The notes under the pieces were generated by a model. The model saw nothing but the letters and a program-made list of their open reading frames with translations, had not been told where the DNA came from and did no database searches. Of a stretch of DNA of 64,000 nucleotides, positions 15,195-31,402 are shown piece after piece. The DNA is from the human T2T-CHM13v2.0 reference genome, Homo sapiens, in NCBI RefSeq assembly GCF_009914755.1, contig NC_060942.1, one strand, 5' to 3'. Every line of letters begins with the position of its first letter. Positions within the stretch are counted from its first letter, which is position 1. The position numbers and the translations under genes were made by a program.

Positions 15195-18100
15195 TGGGGG
15201 ATTTCCGTTTCCTAGCCAAGGGAAGCCATTACAGACTGTATCTGGAAAAACAGGACACTTCCACCCAAATACTGGGCTTTTCCCACAGTCTTAGCAACCA
15301 GCAGACCAGGGGATTCTCTCCTGTGTCTGGCTGGGTGGGTGTCATGCCCACGGAGCCTTGCTCACTGCTAACGCAGCAGTCTGAGATCAACCTATGAGGC
15401 TGCAGCCCGGCAGGGGGAGGGGCGTCGACCATTGCTGAGGCTTCAGTAGGTAAACAGTGGCCGGGAAGCTCGAACTGGATGGAGCCCACCGCAGCTCAGC
15501 AAGGCCTACTGCCTCTACAGATTCCACCTCTGTGGGCAGGGCATTGCTGAACAAAAGGCAGCAGAAACTTCTGCAGGCTTAAACATCCCTGTCTGACAGC
15601 TCTGAAGAGAGCAGTGGTTCTCCCAGCATGGCGTTTGAGCTCTGAGAATGGACAGACTGCCTCCTCAAGTGGATCCCTGACCACTGTGTAGCCTGACTGG
15701 GAGACACCTCACAGTAGAGGCCAACAGACACCTCATACAGGCAGGTGCCCCTCTGGGACGAAGCTTCCAGAGGAAGGATCAGGCACCAATATTTGCTGTT
15801 CTGCAGCCTCTGCTGGTGATACCCAGGCAAACAGGGTCTGGAGTGGACTTCCAGCAAACACCAACAGACCTGCAGCTGAGAGACCTGACTGTTAGAAGGA
15901 AAACTAACAAACAGAAAGGAATATCATCAACATCAACAAAAAGGACATCCACACCAAAACCCCATCTGTAGGTCACCAACATCAAAGACCAAAGGTAGAT
16001 AAAACCACAAAGGTGGGGAGAAACCAAAGCAGAGAAGCTGAAAATTCTAAAAACCAGAGCTCCTCTTCTCCTCCAAAGGATCGCAACTCCTCGCCAGCAA
16101 TGGAACAAAGCTGGCTGGAGAATGACTTTGATGAGTTGACAGAAGTGGGTTTCAGAAGGTTGATAATAACACACTTCTCTGAGCTAAAGGAGCATGTTCT
16201 AACCCATTGCAAGGAAGCTAAAAACCTTGAAAAAAGTTAGATGAATGGCTAACTAGAATAAACACGGTAGAGAAGAACTTAAATGACCTGATGGAGCTGA
16301 AAACCATGGCACAAGAACCTTGTGATGTGTGCACAAGCTTCAATAGCTGATTCAATCAAGTGGAAGAAAGGATATCAGTGATTGAAGATCAACTTAATGA
16401 AATAAAGTGAGAAGACAAGATTAGAGAAAAAAGAGTAAAAACAAACGAGCAAAGCCTCCAGCAAATATGGGAATATGTGAAAAGACCAAATCTACATTTG
16501 GTTGGTGTACCTGAAAGTGTCAGGGAGAATGGAACCAAGCTGGAAAACACTCTTCAGGATATTATCCAGGAGAACTTCCCCAACCAAGCAAGGCAGGCCA
16601 ACATTCAAATTCAGGAAATACAGAGAACACCACAAAGATACTCCTCAAGAAGAGCAACCCCAAGACACGTAATTGTCAGATTCGCCAAGGATGAAATGAA
16701 GGAAAAAATGTTAAGGGCAGCCAGAGAGAAAGGTCGGGTTACCCACAAAGGGAAGCTCATCAGACTAACAGTGGATCCCTCAGCAGAAACCCTACAAGCC
16801 AGAAGAGAGTGGGGGCCAATCTTCAACATTCTTAAAGAAAAGAATTTTCAACCCAGAATTTCATATCCAGCCAAACTAAGCTTCATAAGTGAAGGGAAAT
16901 AAAATCCTTCACAGACAAGCAAATGCTGAGAGATTTTGTCACCACCAGGCCTGCCTTACAAGAGCTCCTGAAGGGAGCACTAAACATGGAAGGGAACAAC
17001 TGGTACCAGCCACTATAAAAACATGCCAAATTGTAAAGACCATTGATGCTATGAAGAAACTGCATCAATTATTGGGAAAAATAACCAGTTAACATCATAA
17101 TGACAGGATCAAATTCCACATAACAATATTAACCTTAAATGTAAATGGGCTAAATGCCCCAGTTAAAAGACACAGACTGGCAAATTGGATAAAGAATCAA
17201 GACCTATCAATGTGCTGTATTCAGGAGACCCATCTCATGTGCAGAGACACACATAGGCTCAAAATAAAGGGATGGAGGAAGATCTACCAAGCAAATGGAA
17301 AACAACAACAACAAAAACCAGGGGTTGCAATCCTAGTCTCTGATAAAACAGACTTTAAACCAACAAAGATCAAAAGAGACAAGGAAAGCCATTATATAAT
17401 GGTAAAGAGATCAATTCCACAAGAAAAGCTAACTATCCTAAATATATATGTATCCAATACAGAAGCACCCAGATTCATAAAGCAAGTCCTTAAAGACCTA
17501 CAAAGGGACTTAGAGTCTGATACAATAATAATGGGAGAATTTAACACCCCACTGTCAATATTAGACAGATCAATGGGACAGAAAGTTAACAAGGATATCC
17601 AGCACTTGAACTCAGCTCTGCACCAGGCGGACCTAATAGACATCTACAGAACTCTCTACCCCAAATCAACAGAATATACATTCTTCTCAGCACCACATCA
17701 TGCTTATTCTAAAATTGACTACGTAATTGGAAGTAAAGCACTCCTCAGCAAATGTAACAGAACAGAAATCACAACAAACTGTCTCAGACAACAGTGCAAT
17801 CAAATTAGAACTCAGGATTAAAAAACTCACTCAAAACGGCACAACTACATGGAACTGAACAACCTGCTCCTGAATGACTACTGGGTAAATAACGAAATGA
17901 AGGCAGAAATAAAGATCTTCTTTTAAAGCAATGATAACAGAGACACAACGTGCCAGAATCTCTGGGACACATTTAAAGCACTGTGTAGAGGGAAATTTAT
18001 AGCACTAATTGCCTACAAGAGAAAGCAGGAAAGATCTAAAATTGACACCCTAACTTCACAATTAAAAGACCTAGAGAAGCAAGAGCAAACAAATTCAAAA

Positions 18101-18222
18101 GCTAGCAGAAGGCAAGAAATAACTAAGATCAGAGTAGAACTGAAGGAGATAGAGGCACAAAAAAACCCTTCAAAAAATCAATGAATCCAGGAGCTGGTTT
18201 TTTGAAAAGATCAACAAAATTG
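15195..18222 (+). mobile_element. L1PA7/8-like fragment: most of 5'UTR, disrupted ORF1 and the ORF2 endonuclease region
   Basis: ORF track 16013-16240 and 16477-16902 are ORF1p pieces; 17210-17821 is the APE endonuclease (CCIQETHL..GVAILVSDK); stops and frameshifts; no 3' end. Confidence 0.93.
15229..15432 (-). other. Open L1 ORF0 homolog (67 aa)
   Basis: MVDAPPPAGLQPHRLISDCCVSSEQGSVG...FSRYSL resembles ORF0 MAGAPPPASLPPCSLISDCCASNQRDSVG...; ATG in gcaATGg context. Confidence 0.7.
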
Positions 18223-18889
18223 AAATAGCCAAAGTATAAATGGTTTGTTTGTATTTTGATCTGAAATATTTTCTTCTGTTCTGTTTTCTTAAAACATAGC
18301 TGATAAAAAGAGGCAGAGGAAGGTGGCATCTATTTTTTATTGTTTATGTGAAGTTTCCCTGCTACACGGAAAACAAGTCAGGCAGTTTTTAAGGTGGCTA
18401 TTGCCTATTGCTTTTCAGGGGGTAAGAGAAAATGGTAGTGTGAAGATCAGATTTCAGACCTTTGGTTTTGCGTTTCTATTTACTGCTCCTGCATGACATA
18501 GATGTGTGAAGAGGGCACAAAACGGAAGGCCAATCCATTTGGCAAGGATGTGGGAAGGGAGATGGAGCAATCTTTCATTTACCAGTATTAATAGTCTTAT
18601 CTTAAGGATACAGAGCTGATAGTGAAGAAATAGTCACCAGGGGATCCTAAAGACATGTAGAAAAGACTCTTTTTCTATTTACTGTTGAAATTGGAGGAAA
18701 ATAAAACTTTCTCAGGTGTTACTGATTTGTATTTAAGCTAGTGATTTCTTGGGGGTTTTGCCCAATAAGGCTACTTCCTTGCAGTAACGGCATCATTGTG
18801 AATACTGTAAACCTCAGTGATGACACTGACCTAATTCTCTTCCCACTTCCCACTTACCTTGTCATGAAGTTACATGTTCTATTTATGTA

Positions 18890-19270
18890 CTTGCAGATAG
18901 ACTGTGCCCATCTCTGTAATGTCACCTTTTTTGTTATTTTGTAATCGTTGTTATATCATTCATCTATCTCCCTTACCAGCTTTTTTGAAAACAGGCATCT
19001 TGTTGCATTGGTTTTTGTACACTCAGAGCCTAACATAGGTCTTGGCTTAAGAAATATTTCTTTTTCATTAATTTGTATTTAACAAACATTTATGTAGTAC
19101 ATACTACATGTTAATACATATTAAATCATTTAATCCTAACTCAATGAAATAAGGTAGGTTATTATCTCTGTTTTATGCCTCTCCCAGAGGCAGAATGAAT
19201 GAATCAGCCAGGTCATACAGCTAACAGGTTGGCAAAGCCAAGATATGAACCAAGCCAGTCTGGCACTATA
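18890..19270. mobile_element. L2 3' end (+) followed by MIR (-)
   Basis: cagagcctaacatagg..; aggtcatacagctaac..gcaaagccaagatatgaaccaag. Confidence 0.5.
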
Positions 19271-20445
19271 GTTTGTTGAAGAAGGAAAGACAAGAAAAAT
19301 TTGAGATAACTAAAATGGTTAAAATTTGGCTTTAGATATTCTTGTTTCTATAACTAACTCTCCTTGGCTCTTAATCTGACATACAGATTTTTAAACTCTA
19401 GAGCACAAATATGCTAGAGATGGTGGGCAAGTATTTTCTTTCCTTGCAAGGAGCCACAATGTCAGATAAAACATAAAATTTTATTCTCAAATTTTTAAAA
19501 ATTTCACCTGCAGATTTTATGATGACGATGGCAGCAGATTGTTTTTCATGAGGCATTTCTTTGACTTTGAGAGACTTTTTCTGTTTCTTGTTTGTATTCG
19601 TTACTCTCTGTGCCTTAAATAGCATATTATGGTTTTGCTTGTAGTTTATTAAATCCACAGTTCTCCAGAAGAATGCCCTAGCTTATGATTTTTGTTTTTG
19701 ACATCTGTCATTTCCTTGAAAACAAGTTGGCTTTATTTACAAGGTGATTTTTTTTCTTGTTTTCTCCCTATCCTCTTTCTCTCCTTTTCTTAAAGATAAA
19801 TACATTCTACATTTCTTTTGTAATTTATTCAGCATTATAGGTTCTTCATAGTGGGTTCTAGAGAGGTTCTTCACTTGTTCTATTTAGGTTGTAGTGTTTA
19901 TTTGATGTGTGTATATTACCCCATTATCTTATCTTAATAAATAGTACTTAGCTATAGTACAATCCTAGTCTTGAACATGGTAGGGTCTAATAACCATAGT
20001 TTTGGTCAATGTACATTTTATAGCCTTTTCTTGTTATAGGAGTGTGTTACTTCTTTTTTTTTTTGGAATCTAAACTTAGTGTCACTTCACTTATGATGCT
20101 CATAACTTCCTTTTTTGTCTTATTTGTAGCCCATACCATTTTACAAAAGTTGTCGTATTTCCTCAGTACTGTTTGTAATAAGAGAAAGCCTAGGCAGCAT
20201 TTTGAATAGCTTCTTCTACTCCAGTTTGAAAATGTTGGTAGGTCAGCCTATTTTACTATTTTTATTAACTCTGCATTATTTTGGCAGGTAGATATAAAGT
20301 AGCTTTAGAATTTTCTTAGGATTTCTTTTATTTCCTTAAAATTGGTAAAATAATTACTTTTTAGCCATGGGCAATGGATATTGAATTTCAGTTCCTCTGA
20401 TCTGGTAAAAGGCTTGTTAGAGAAACTTCTTTATTTTCCCTGTGA

Positions 20446-20853
<408 letters not shown>

Positions 20854-21234
20854 TAGTACTTAGGGACACACAGTCTTATGACTACTTCCTATTCTGTGAC
20901 TACTTTCATATATTCTTTTGGTTAAAATTTTATCTAATTTTATTTTGTTCTTTTTAATGTGTACTTAATGTGTAATATATGTCTTAATTCTATCTAATAC
21001 TAGGCTATCTTCAAGTTATAATACCACTTATAAGCCTAGATTTTATTGACAATCCAGAGGCATCGTCATACTTCTAATTGACAAAAAAAAAAACCAAAAA
21101 ACTAAAGAAGGTGTGAGGCACATTATACTATTAAACTCCTCACAGACTAAAAGGTCTGTAGGTAAAACAAGAATTGTTCCTTGCTAGGCCTGCCATGGTA
21201 AACAAAAGCAAACAAACAAAGAAAGAACAAGAAT

Positions 21235-22198
21235 AGGAATAACAGCAGATTTCTCAACAGAAACAATGCAGGACAAGGCAGTACAACAGCTTATTCAAAG
21301 AGCTGAGGGAAAAGGAAACTGTGGCAATCAAGCAAAATCATTCTTCAAAACTGAAGGTAATATAAAGGCATTTCCACATTAAGAAAGACTAAGAGTACTA
21401 GTTTACCTGCCTTACAATAAATACTAATAGAAGTCTGTTTAGATGAAAGGAAAATGACATAAGGCAGTAACTCAAATCCACACAAAGAAATAAAAAGCAT
21501 CAATAAAGATGTGTATTTCCTTTTCCTTAAACAATTTTAGACACCTGAATAAAACAATAATAATCCTGTATTGAGCTTACAAGATATAAAGATCGTGTGT
21601 GTGTGTACATTTGTGTATACATTTGCACAAGGGAGATGAGAAGGGAGGGAGCTATATTAGAGTGAATTTTCCATATACTGGAATTAAGTTAGTGGAAAGG
21701 AAGTAAAACTGTCTTTATTTATAAATAACATCATCCTGCATATAGAGAATCATAAGAAATCCACAAAAAAAGGTGATGGAACTAATAAATGAGTTCAGCG
21801 AGGATACAGGATATAAGATCAATATGTAAAAAATCAATTTTATTTCTGTTGATTACCAATGAACAATTAAAATACGGATATATTTAACAGAAGTGCAAGA
21901 CGTATACACTGAAGACATTAAAACGTGGCTGAGAGAAACTGAAGAACATCTAAATAGATGGAAATGGGTTCCATGGTCATGGATTGGCCGTTTTTCCCAA
22001 ATTGATCTGTAGATTTGTTGCAATCCTGATCAGAATTCCAGCAGATTTTGATAATTCCTTTTTTGTGGAAACTGGTAAAACAGTCTTAAAATTTATATGG
22101 AAGTGCAAAGGAGTGAGAATAGCCAAAACAATTTTGAGAACGATGAGAAGAGTAGAGGGTTACTCTTTTCAGTTTCATAATTTGTTCTAAAGCTATGG
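21235..22198 (+). mobile_element. Old L1M ORF1/ORF2 fragments (resume at about 27200-27440)
   Basis: cagcagatttctcaacagaaacaatgcagg; ORF 21984-22190 resembles ORF2 (LKFIWKCKG..IAKTIL). Confidence 0.7.
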
Positions 22199-22733
22199 TA
22201 TAGTAGGTAGAATTTTAAGATGGCTCACATGACCTTGGCCCCCTGGCAAAATGGTTTCACTCTTGTGACTATGTTATGTTATATATTTAAAAAGATTATC
22301 TTGGTAGGCCCGATCTAATAAATAAGAAAAGCAAAGAGTTTTCTTTAGCTGAGAGTAAAAGATGAAATCAGAGAGATTTGAAACATGAGAAGGATTCAAC
22401 TTACCATTTCTAGCTTTAAAGATGAATGGGGCTCAAAGCTGAGGATAGTTCATGGCTAACAGCAAGAAAATAAGGATTTAAGTCCTACAACCACAAGGAG
22501 CTATATTCTGTCAGCAACCTGAATGAACTTGGAATCAGTTTCCTCCTCAGATATTCCAAATTAGATCACAGCTCAGCTGACAACCTGGATTCAGTCTTGT
22601 GAGAAACTAAACATAGAACCTAGTTGAGTTGGTCTGGCCTTTTGACCTACATAACTGTGAGCTAATGAATTTGGGTTATTTTAAGCTGTTGCATTTATGG
22701 TAACTTGTTTTGGAAAAATAGAGGAAGAATACA
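22199..22733 (+). mobile_element. MLT1E-like MaLR LTR
   Basis: t(g)t(g)gtaggtagaattttaagatggc start; agtcctacaaccacaaggag; ttttaagc..ggtaacttgtt..aataca end. Confidence 0.75.
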
Positions 22734-25003
22734 CACAGAGGGCTCCAAGATGGCCAACTAGACCCAGGCAGGAGGAACATTTCCCACCAAAGGACTGGGA
22801 CATCAGGAAAACTGGTACACTCCTAGCAGATCTTCAGAAGGGAGGCATTGAGAGTGGGCAGAAGGAAGAAACAGATGCTGGGCTGAAAGGGGAGGAAGCT
22901 GGGAACCCTGCACAGGGCTACTGCACACTGGGACTTGTTCATGGCCTTCAGTGACTCCTGTGGAGTGGGTGAGTTGAACAGGCAAGGAGCAACTCACTCT
23001 TATCATGGGCATCTGGAATCCCAGAAATAAGACAGTCACACAACAGTAAAGAAAAAAGAATGAAAGGGAATGAAGAAAATCTTCAAGAAATATAGGATTA
23101 CGTAAAGAGACCAAATCTATGACTCATTGGCATCTTTGAAATAGATGGGGAGAAACAACTTGGAAAACATATTTGGAAAACATATTTCAGGATATCATTC
23201 ATGAGAACTTCCCCAACCTAGCTAGACCTGCTACCACCAGACCTGGTACCTGGTACCACCAGACCTGCTTTACAAGAGCTCCTGAAAGAAGCACTAAATA
23301 TGGAAAGGAAAGACCAGCAACTGCAAAAACACACTTAAGTACACAGACCAGTGACACTATAATGCAACCACACAAATAAATCAGCATAATAAACAGCTAA
23401 CAACATGATGACAGGATCAAATCCACACATATCAATACTAACCTTGAATGTAAACGAGCTAAATACCCCAATGAAAAGGCACAGAGTAGCAAACTGAATG
23501 AAAAAGCAAGACCCAATGGTATGTTGTGTTCAAGAGACCCATGTCATGTGCAGTGACACCCGTAGGCTAAAAATAAAGGGATGGAGAAAAATCTACCAAG
23601 CAAATAAAAAACAGAAAAAAGTAAGGGTTGCAATTCTAATATCAGACAAAACAGACTTTAAACATCTTGCCTAGAATCAGAAAACAAAGATCAAAAAAGA
23701 CAAAGAAGGCCATTACATAATGGCAAAGGTTTTAATTCAACATGAAAACCTAATTAGCCAAAATGTGTTTGCATCTAACACAAGGCGACCCAGATTCATA
23801 AAGCAAGTTCTTAGAGACCTTCAAAGAGACTTAAATTTCCACACAATAATAGTGAGATATTTCAACACCCCCACTGACAGTATTAGACAGATCCTTAAGT
23901 CAGAAAATTAACAAAGATATTCAGGACCTGAACACTGGACCAAATGGATCTGATAGACATCTATAAAACTCTCTACCCCAAAACAACACAATATATATTC
24001 TTCTCATCTGCACTGAGTACAACATAATCTAAAATTGGTCAAACAATTGGACATAAAACAATCTGCAGCAAATGCAAAAGAACCAAAATCATATATTAGC
24101 TACTCTCTCAGACCACAGTACAATAAAAATAGAATTCAAGACCAAGAAGATCTTTGAAAACTATACAGTTTCATGGAAATTAAACAATCTGCTTGTGAAT
24201 GACTTTTGAGTAAATAATGAAATTAAGGCAGAAAACAAGAAGTTCTTTGAAATGATTGAGAACAAAGGTACAATATACCAGAATCTCTGGAACACAGCTA
24301 AGGCAGTGTTAAGAGGGAAATTTATAGCACTAAACAGCCACATAAAAAGTTAGAAAGACCTCAGATTAACAACGTAACATCACAACTAAAAGAACTAGAG
24401 AAGCAAGAGCAAACCACCCCAAAGGAAGAGGTGACAGGAAATAGCCAAAATCAGAGCTTAACTGAAGGAGATTGAAACACAAAGAAAACATTTAAAAGAT
24501 AAACGAAGCCAGGAGCTGGTCTTTTGAAAAAAATTAATAAGCTGGATAAACCACTAGGCAGACTAATAAAGAAGAAAAGAGAGAAGATCCAAGTAAACAC
24601 AATCAGTAATGAAAAAGGGAATATTATCACTGACCCCACAGAAATGCAAATAACCATCAGAGACTATTATGAACACCTCTATGCACACAAACTAGAAAAT
24701 CTAGAAGAAATTGATAAATTTCTGGGTACATACACTCTCCCAAGGCTGAACCAGGAAGAAATTGAATCTCTACACATACCAATAATGAGCTCTGAAATTG
24801 AATCAGTAATAACCTACCAACCAAAAAAATCTCAAGACCAGATAAATTCACAGCCAAATTCTACCAGATGTACAAAGAAGGGCTGGTAGCATTCCTACTG
24901 AAACGATTCTAACAAATTGAAAAGTAAGGACTCCTCCCTAACTCTTTCTATGAGGCCAACATTATCCTGATACCAAAACCTGGCAGAGACATAACAAAAA
25001 AAA

Positions 25004-26845
<1,842 letters not shown>

Positions 26846-27710
26846 CTATGCAGCCATAAAAAAGAACGAGATCATGTTCTTTGCAGAAACATGGATTGAA
26901 CAAGAGGCCATTATCCTTAGCAAACTAACAGGAACAGAAAACCAAGTTCTCACTTGTAAGTGGGAGCTAAATGTAAGAATATATGGACCCAAAGAGAGGA
27001 ACAACAGACACTGAAGCCTACTAAAAGGTAAAGGGTGGGAGGAAGGAGAGAAGAAGAAAAAGATAACTATGGGTACTGTGCTTGTTACCTGGGTAATGAA
27101 ATAATCTGTACATCAAAGCCCTGTGACACAAGTTTACCTATATAACAAACCTGCATATGTACCGTGAACCTAAAATAAAAGTTTAAAAAGAAAATACATG
27201 CAGTATTCATGACAGTACAGTACTGCCATAAGAATGGATATATTAATCAGTGGAACAAAATTGTAAATCCATATAATAAACCCTAACAATGATGGTCAAT
27301 TGATTATTGACAAAAGTGCTAAGGCAGTTAAATGGGGAGAAAGAATAATCTTTTCAACTAATGATGATGGGACAATTGAACACATGCGAAAAGAAATACA
27401 TTTGGACCCTTCACACCATGCACAAAAATTAAGCTAAACATTAATCCATCATTCAGGATACCTTTTGTAAAACCTAGTTTCAGTTAATGATTTTTCTCAG
27501 CACCAGTTTTTGTCTTCTTTAGGTGCAGTGTTTTTTATACCTGAACTTCAACAGTGGATCACACTATATAATTTACCCTTATATAATTAATAATAGCCAG
27601 AAGTATTGCCTTTTAACACAGAGGAAGAGCAGAATATCATGTATATGGTTACCATGTCGGGGGAGGGGTCTAACCACAGAAGGATCAAAGATCATCACAA
27701 TGCTAGCCAT

Positions 27711-28074
27711 TGTTAATGTAAGTTCCAAAACTTCGGCCTACTTTTTTTGGTGTCAGAGTAGCCAAGGAAAACACTAAGCAATCAAGCACTGGATGAAACA
27801 ACAGTTAACTTACATAAAAAAGAAACAGCAAGATCAGCTTCAATGATGGCATTGGTCTTTCATGGATAGGGTGTCCCCTATATCCAGCGGGTTCTCTGGC
27901 AGCCAACCTGTCTCTCCTGTCCCGTTCCTGTCCCAGTAAGCAAACTTCTCTTCCTCCCCTCTGGAGTATAAAATGCTAAATGCTGGGAATATACCTGAGG
28001 GCCATTGGTGCATACACTTAAACAATACAGAGGAACACACATTGAGCCTGAAACAGGAAAAGATATTACCAACA
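27711..28074. mobile_element. Possible old ERVL-class solo LTR
   Basis: TG...CA bounded, compositionally distinct; family not confidently recognised. Confidence 0.35.
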
Positions 28075-28226
28075 AGGTGATAGTTAAAATTCTGTTTTGT
28101 TCAGTTATCTAAAGTTTTGTCTGTTGTGTGAATATATCAATTTTGTGTTGGAGATGCTGCCGTGGTAGCTGACTAATCTGTAGAATGGATTATTTTTATT
28201 GGATTTTAAAAATATTTTGCTTTTTA

Positions 28227-28656
28227 AGACTTGGAACCAACACAAATGTCCATCAGTGATAGACTGGATTAAGAAAATGTGGCACATATACACCATGGAA
28301 TACTACGCAGCCATAAAAAAGGATGAGTTCATGTCTTTTATGGGGACATGGATGAAGCTGGAAACCATCATTCTGAGCAAACTATCCCAAGGACAGAAAA
28401 CCAAACTCCGCATGTTCTCACTCATAGGTGGGAATTGAACAATGAGAACACATGGACACAGGGTAGGGAACATCACACACCAGGCCCTGCTGGGGGGTCG
28501 GGGGAGGGGCGAGGGATAGCATTAGGAGGTATACCTAATGTAAATGACGAGTTAACGGGTGCAGCACACAAATATGGCACATGTATACATATGTAACAAA
28601 CCTACACGTTGTGCACATGTACCCTAGAACTCAAAGTAAAATAATAATAATAAAAA
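28227..28656 (+). mobile_element. 5'-truncated L1PA7-like 3' end
   Basis: ORF2 C-terminus (..FSLIGGN*), 3'UTR and tail; TSD attttgcttttta (28214-28226, 28657-28669). Confidence 0.9.
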
Positions 28657-28974
28657 ATTTTGCTTTTTATGTTTTATGGCCATTTATTTATTCAGATAAT
28701 GACACAAGTTATTGTAGCCCAGATGCTACTAATGTGAGAGAAGGCATCGTTCTCTATACACTCCATTTAAAATTGTGCGTACCCATTCTGAATCCTCATG
28801 TCAGGCTAAATTGAATAATAATAAATAATTACTCAGTGAAATATTACAAGTCTCAGAGTAGTTGAAAACCAAATCGACATTACAGACATATATTTACTAT
28901 TGTCTTCCAGTTAGTGGTTTCTGATTGATTGATAATTGCTACCAGGGACACAGTTTTATATATAATTGTGTGTA

Positions 28975-28981
<7 letters not shown>

Positions 28982-29024
<43 letters not shown>
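28982..29024. repeat. (CA)n microsatellite, about 21 units
   Basis: Uninterrupted AC run. Confidence 0.97.
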
Positions 29025-29031
<7 letters not shown>

Positions 29032-29334
29032 CTTCAAAAATTCTATTTTTCAGTGTAATCTAGACCTTAATACCTGGTTATTGACCTGAAGATATATACT
29101 TTCTACCAGCAGGTTACAGATTCAAAATGAAACCTGAAAAGTATTTAAACTGATAATGTGATATTAATAACATTAAAGTTTATGTGTTATCTAAATTAGA
29201 TATGATTGGGCACAGTGGTCAAAATATACTGCAAAATTTAGGTTTATGGTCACCTTTTTTGGAATCAGGGTTGTTTGCTCTTATATCTGACTGTTTGACA
29301 TTTGTTCTCAATTCTCCATCTCAGAAGAAGGCTT

Positions 29335-29968
29335 TTTTCTTTTTTGATTTGTATAAATTTTAGGGGTATGAGTATAGTTTTGTTACATGGCTATATTATG
29401 TAGGTAGTGAAGTCTGGGCTTTTAGTGTATCCATCACCGGAATAATGTACATTATATTCATTGAGTAATTTTTTTTTATTATCTGCTCCCCCCTCATAGC
29501 CTCCACTCTTCTGAGTCTCCAATGTCTATTATTCCACATTATCTAGCTCTCATTTCTAAGTGAGAACATGTGGTATTTTTCAGTTTCTGAGTTGTTTCAC
29601 TGAAGATAAAAGCCTCCAGTTCCATTTATGTTACTGCAGTAGACATAATTGCATTCTTTTTTTGCGGATGAATAGTATTCCATTGTGTATATACCACATT
29701 TTCTTTTTCTAATCATCCATTGATAGACATTTATGTTGATTCCTTATCTTTGCTATTGTGAATAGTGTTGCAATAAACATACAAGTACATGTATCTTTTT
29801 ATGTGATTATTTCTTTTCCTTTGGGTAGATACACAGTAGTGGGATTGCTAGATTGAATTGTTGTTCTATTTTTAGTTATTCGAGAAATCTCCATACTGTT
29901 TTCCATACAGGTTGTAATTATTTACACTCGCATCAACAGTATATAAGCATTTCCCTTTCTCTGCATCA
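29335..29968 (-). mobile_element. L1PB4-like 3' end
   Basis: gtgaagtctgggcttttagtgtatccatcacc; approximate TSD agaagg(c/a)ttttt. Confidence 0.75.
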
Positions 29969-30323
29969 CAGAAGGATTTTTCTATTGTTCATTTATTTCT
30001 AATGGACTCTGGCTCAAAAACTGTGCCATCTGTCATAGGGCATTGTGTGATAAGAAGTATAATCTAGTACTAAACAGATTGTCTCAGACAAAGTATGAGT
30101 GAATTTTTGCTCTTGGAACAGCAAGTCTTGATCTGGAACCAGTTCTATCGGTCATGGTATATAAACAGCCAGATTAGTAGTACTGGATTTTGCAAAGTTA
30201 GTATCACCATGCTGAGATAAAAAGTCTTGAGTGCAGAAGAGAGAGAGGATTGGGTTATCCTTTGATATTATGTTGATATCAGTCACTGGTATCCATTGAA
30301 CTCTTTCAAAGCTAAGTTATTGA

Positions 30324-30654
<331 letters not shown>

Positions 30655-31223
30655 TACAAGCTACAATTCTAAACACCCTTTTCCCTTTTTTGGATGGGAA
30701 TACTGACATATATATTGAGCATTGCTGACAAAGCAATTTGCCAGGCACCCTTCAGGTAAACAGATAAAACCTCAGAAAATGTAATATTTGACTGTGCTTC
30801 TACTTGTGGAGTTAAGTCTTCTCATAAGTTAACTTCCTTCAACTGCCTGTTAACAAAGTTAAATTTTAATCCCTCTTGCCAACCGATTTTTTAACTTTTA
30901 TTATTCAGTGAATACTAAATCATTTCTTCCCTTAATTGTTAAAGCTTTTTGTTTCTTTTTCTCTTGTTGGTCTGTCTTTTGTTACAGAGAATCCCAGTTA
31001 AGAACTATGAAGGATAGAGATAAAATTATTTTTCCTCCTCTATAGTTCCTTTAAATTTTTTAATTTTGTACCTATGATTTACCTTTATGTCTATCTTAGA
31101 TATTTACAGTTTGCCATTATAGAAGTCCTCTGGATTAGGCATGTCATGGGATATAAACAAAACAGAGAAAGACATAGAAATCAATTGCAATCAAACTACC
31201 CTGAAAGAAGAAATCTCTCAGAG

Positions 31224-31402
31224 CAGTACTGCTCAACAGAACTTTCTGATGATGTAACTGTCCTGTCTGTGCATTGTCCAATATGATAGCAACTCACCAT
31301 GTGTGGCTCTTGAGCACTTGATATATGACTGATGAGACTGAGGAGAACTGAATTTTGTTTAATATTAATAGACACCTGTGGCTATAATTTTGGACAGTGT
31401 AG
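31224..31402. mobile_element. MER3-like hAT MITE
   Basis: caacagaactttctg..gtccaatatgatagc..gagcacttga..ttggacagtgtag. Confidence 0.75.
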
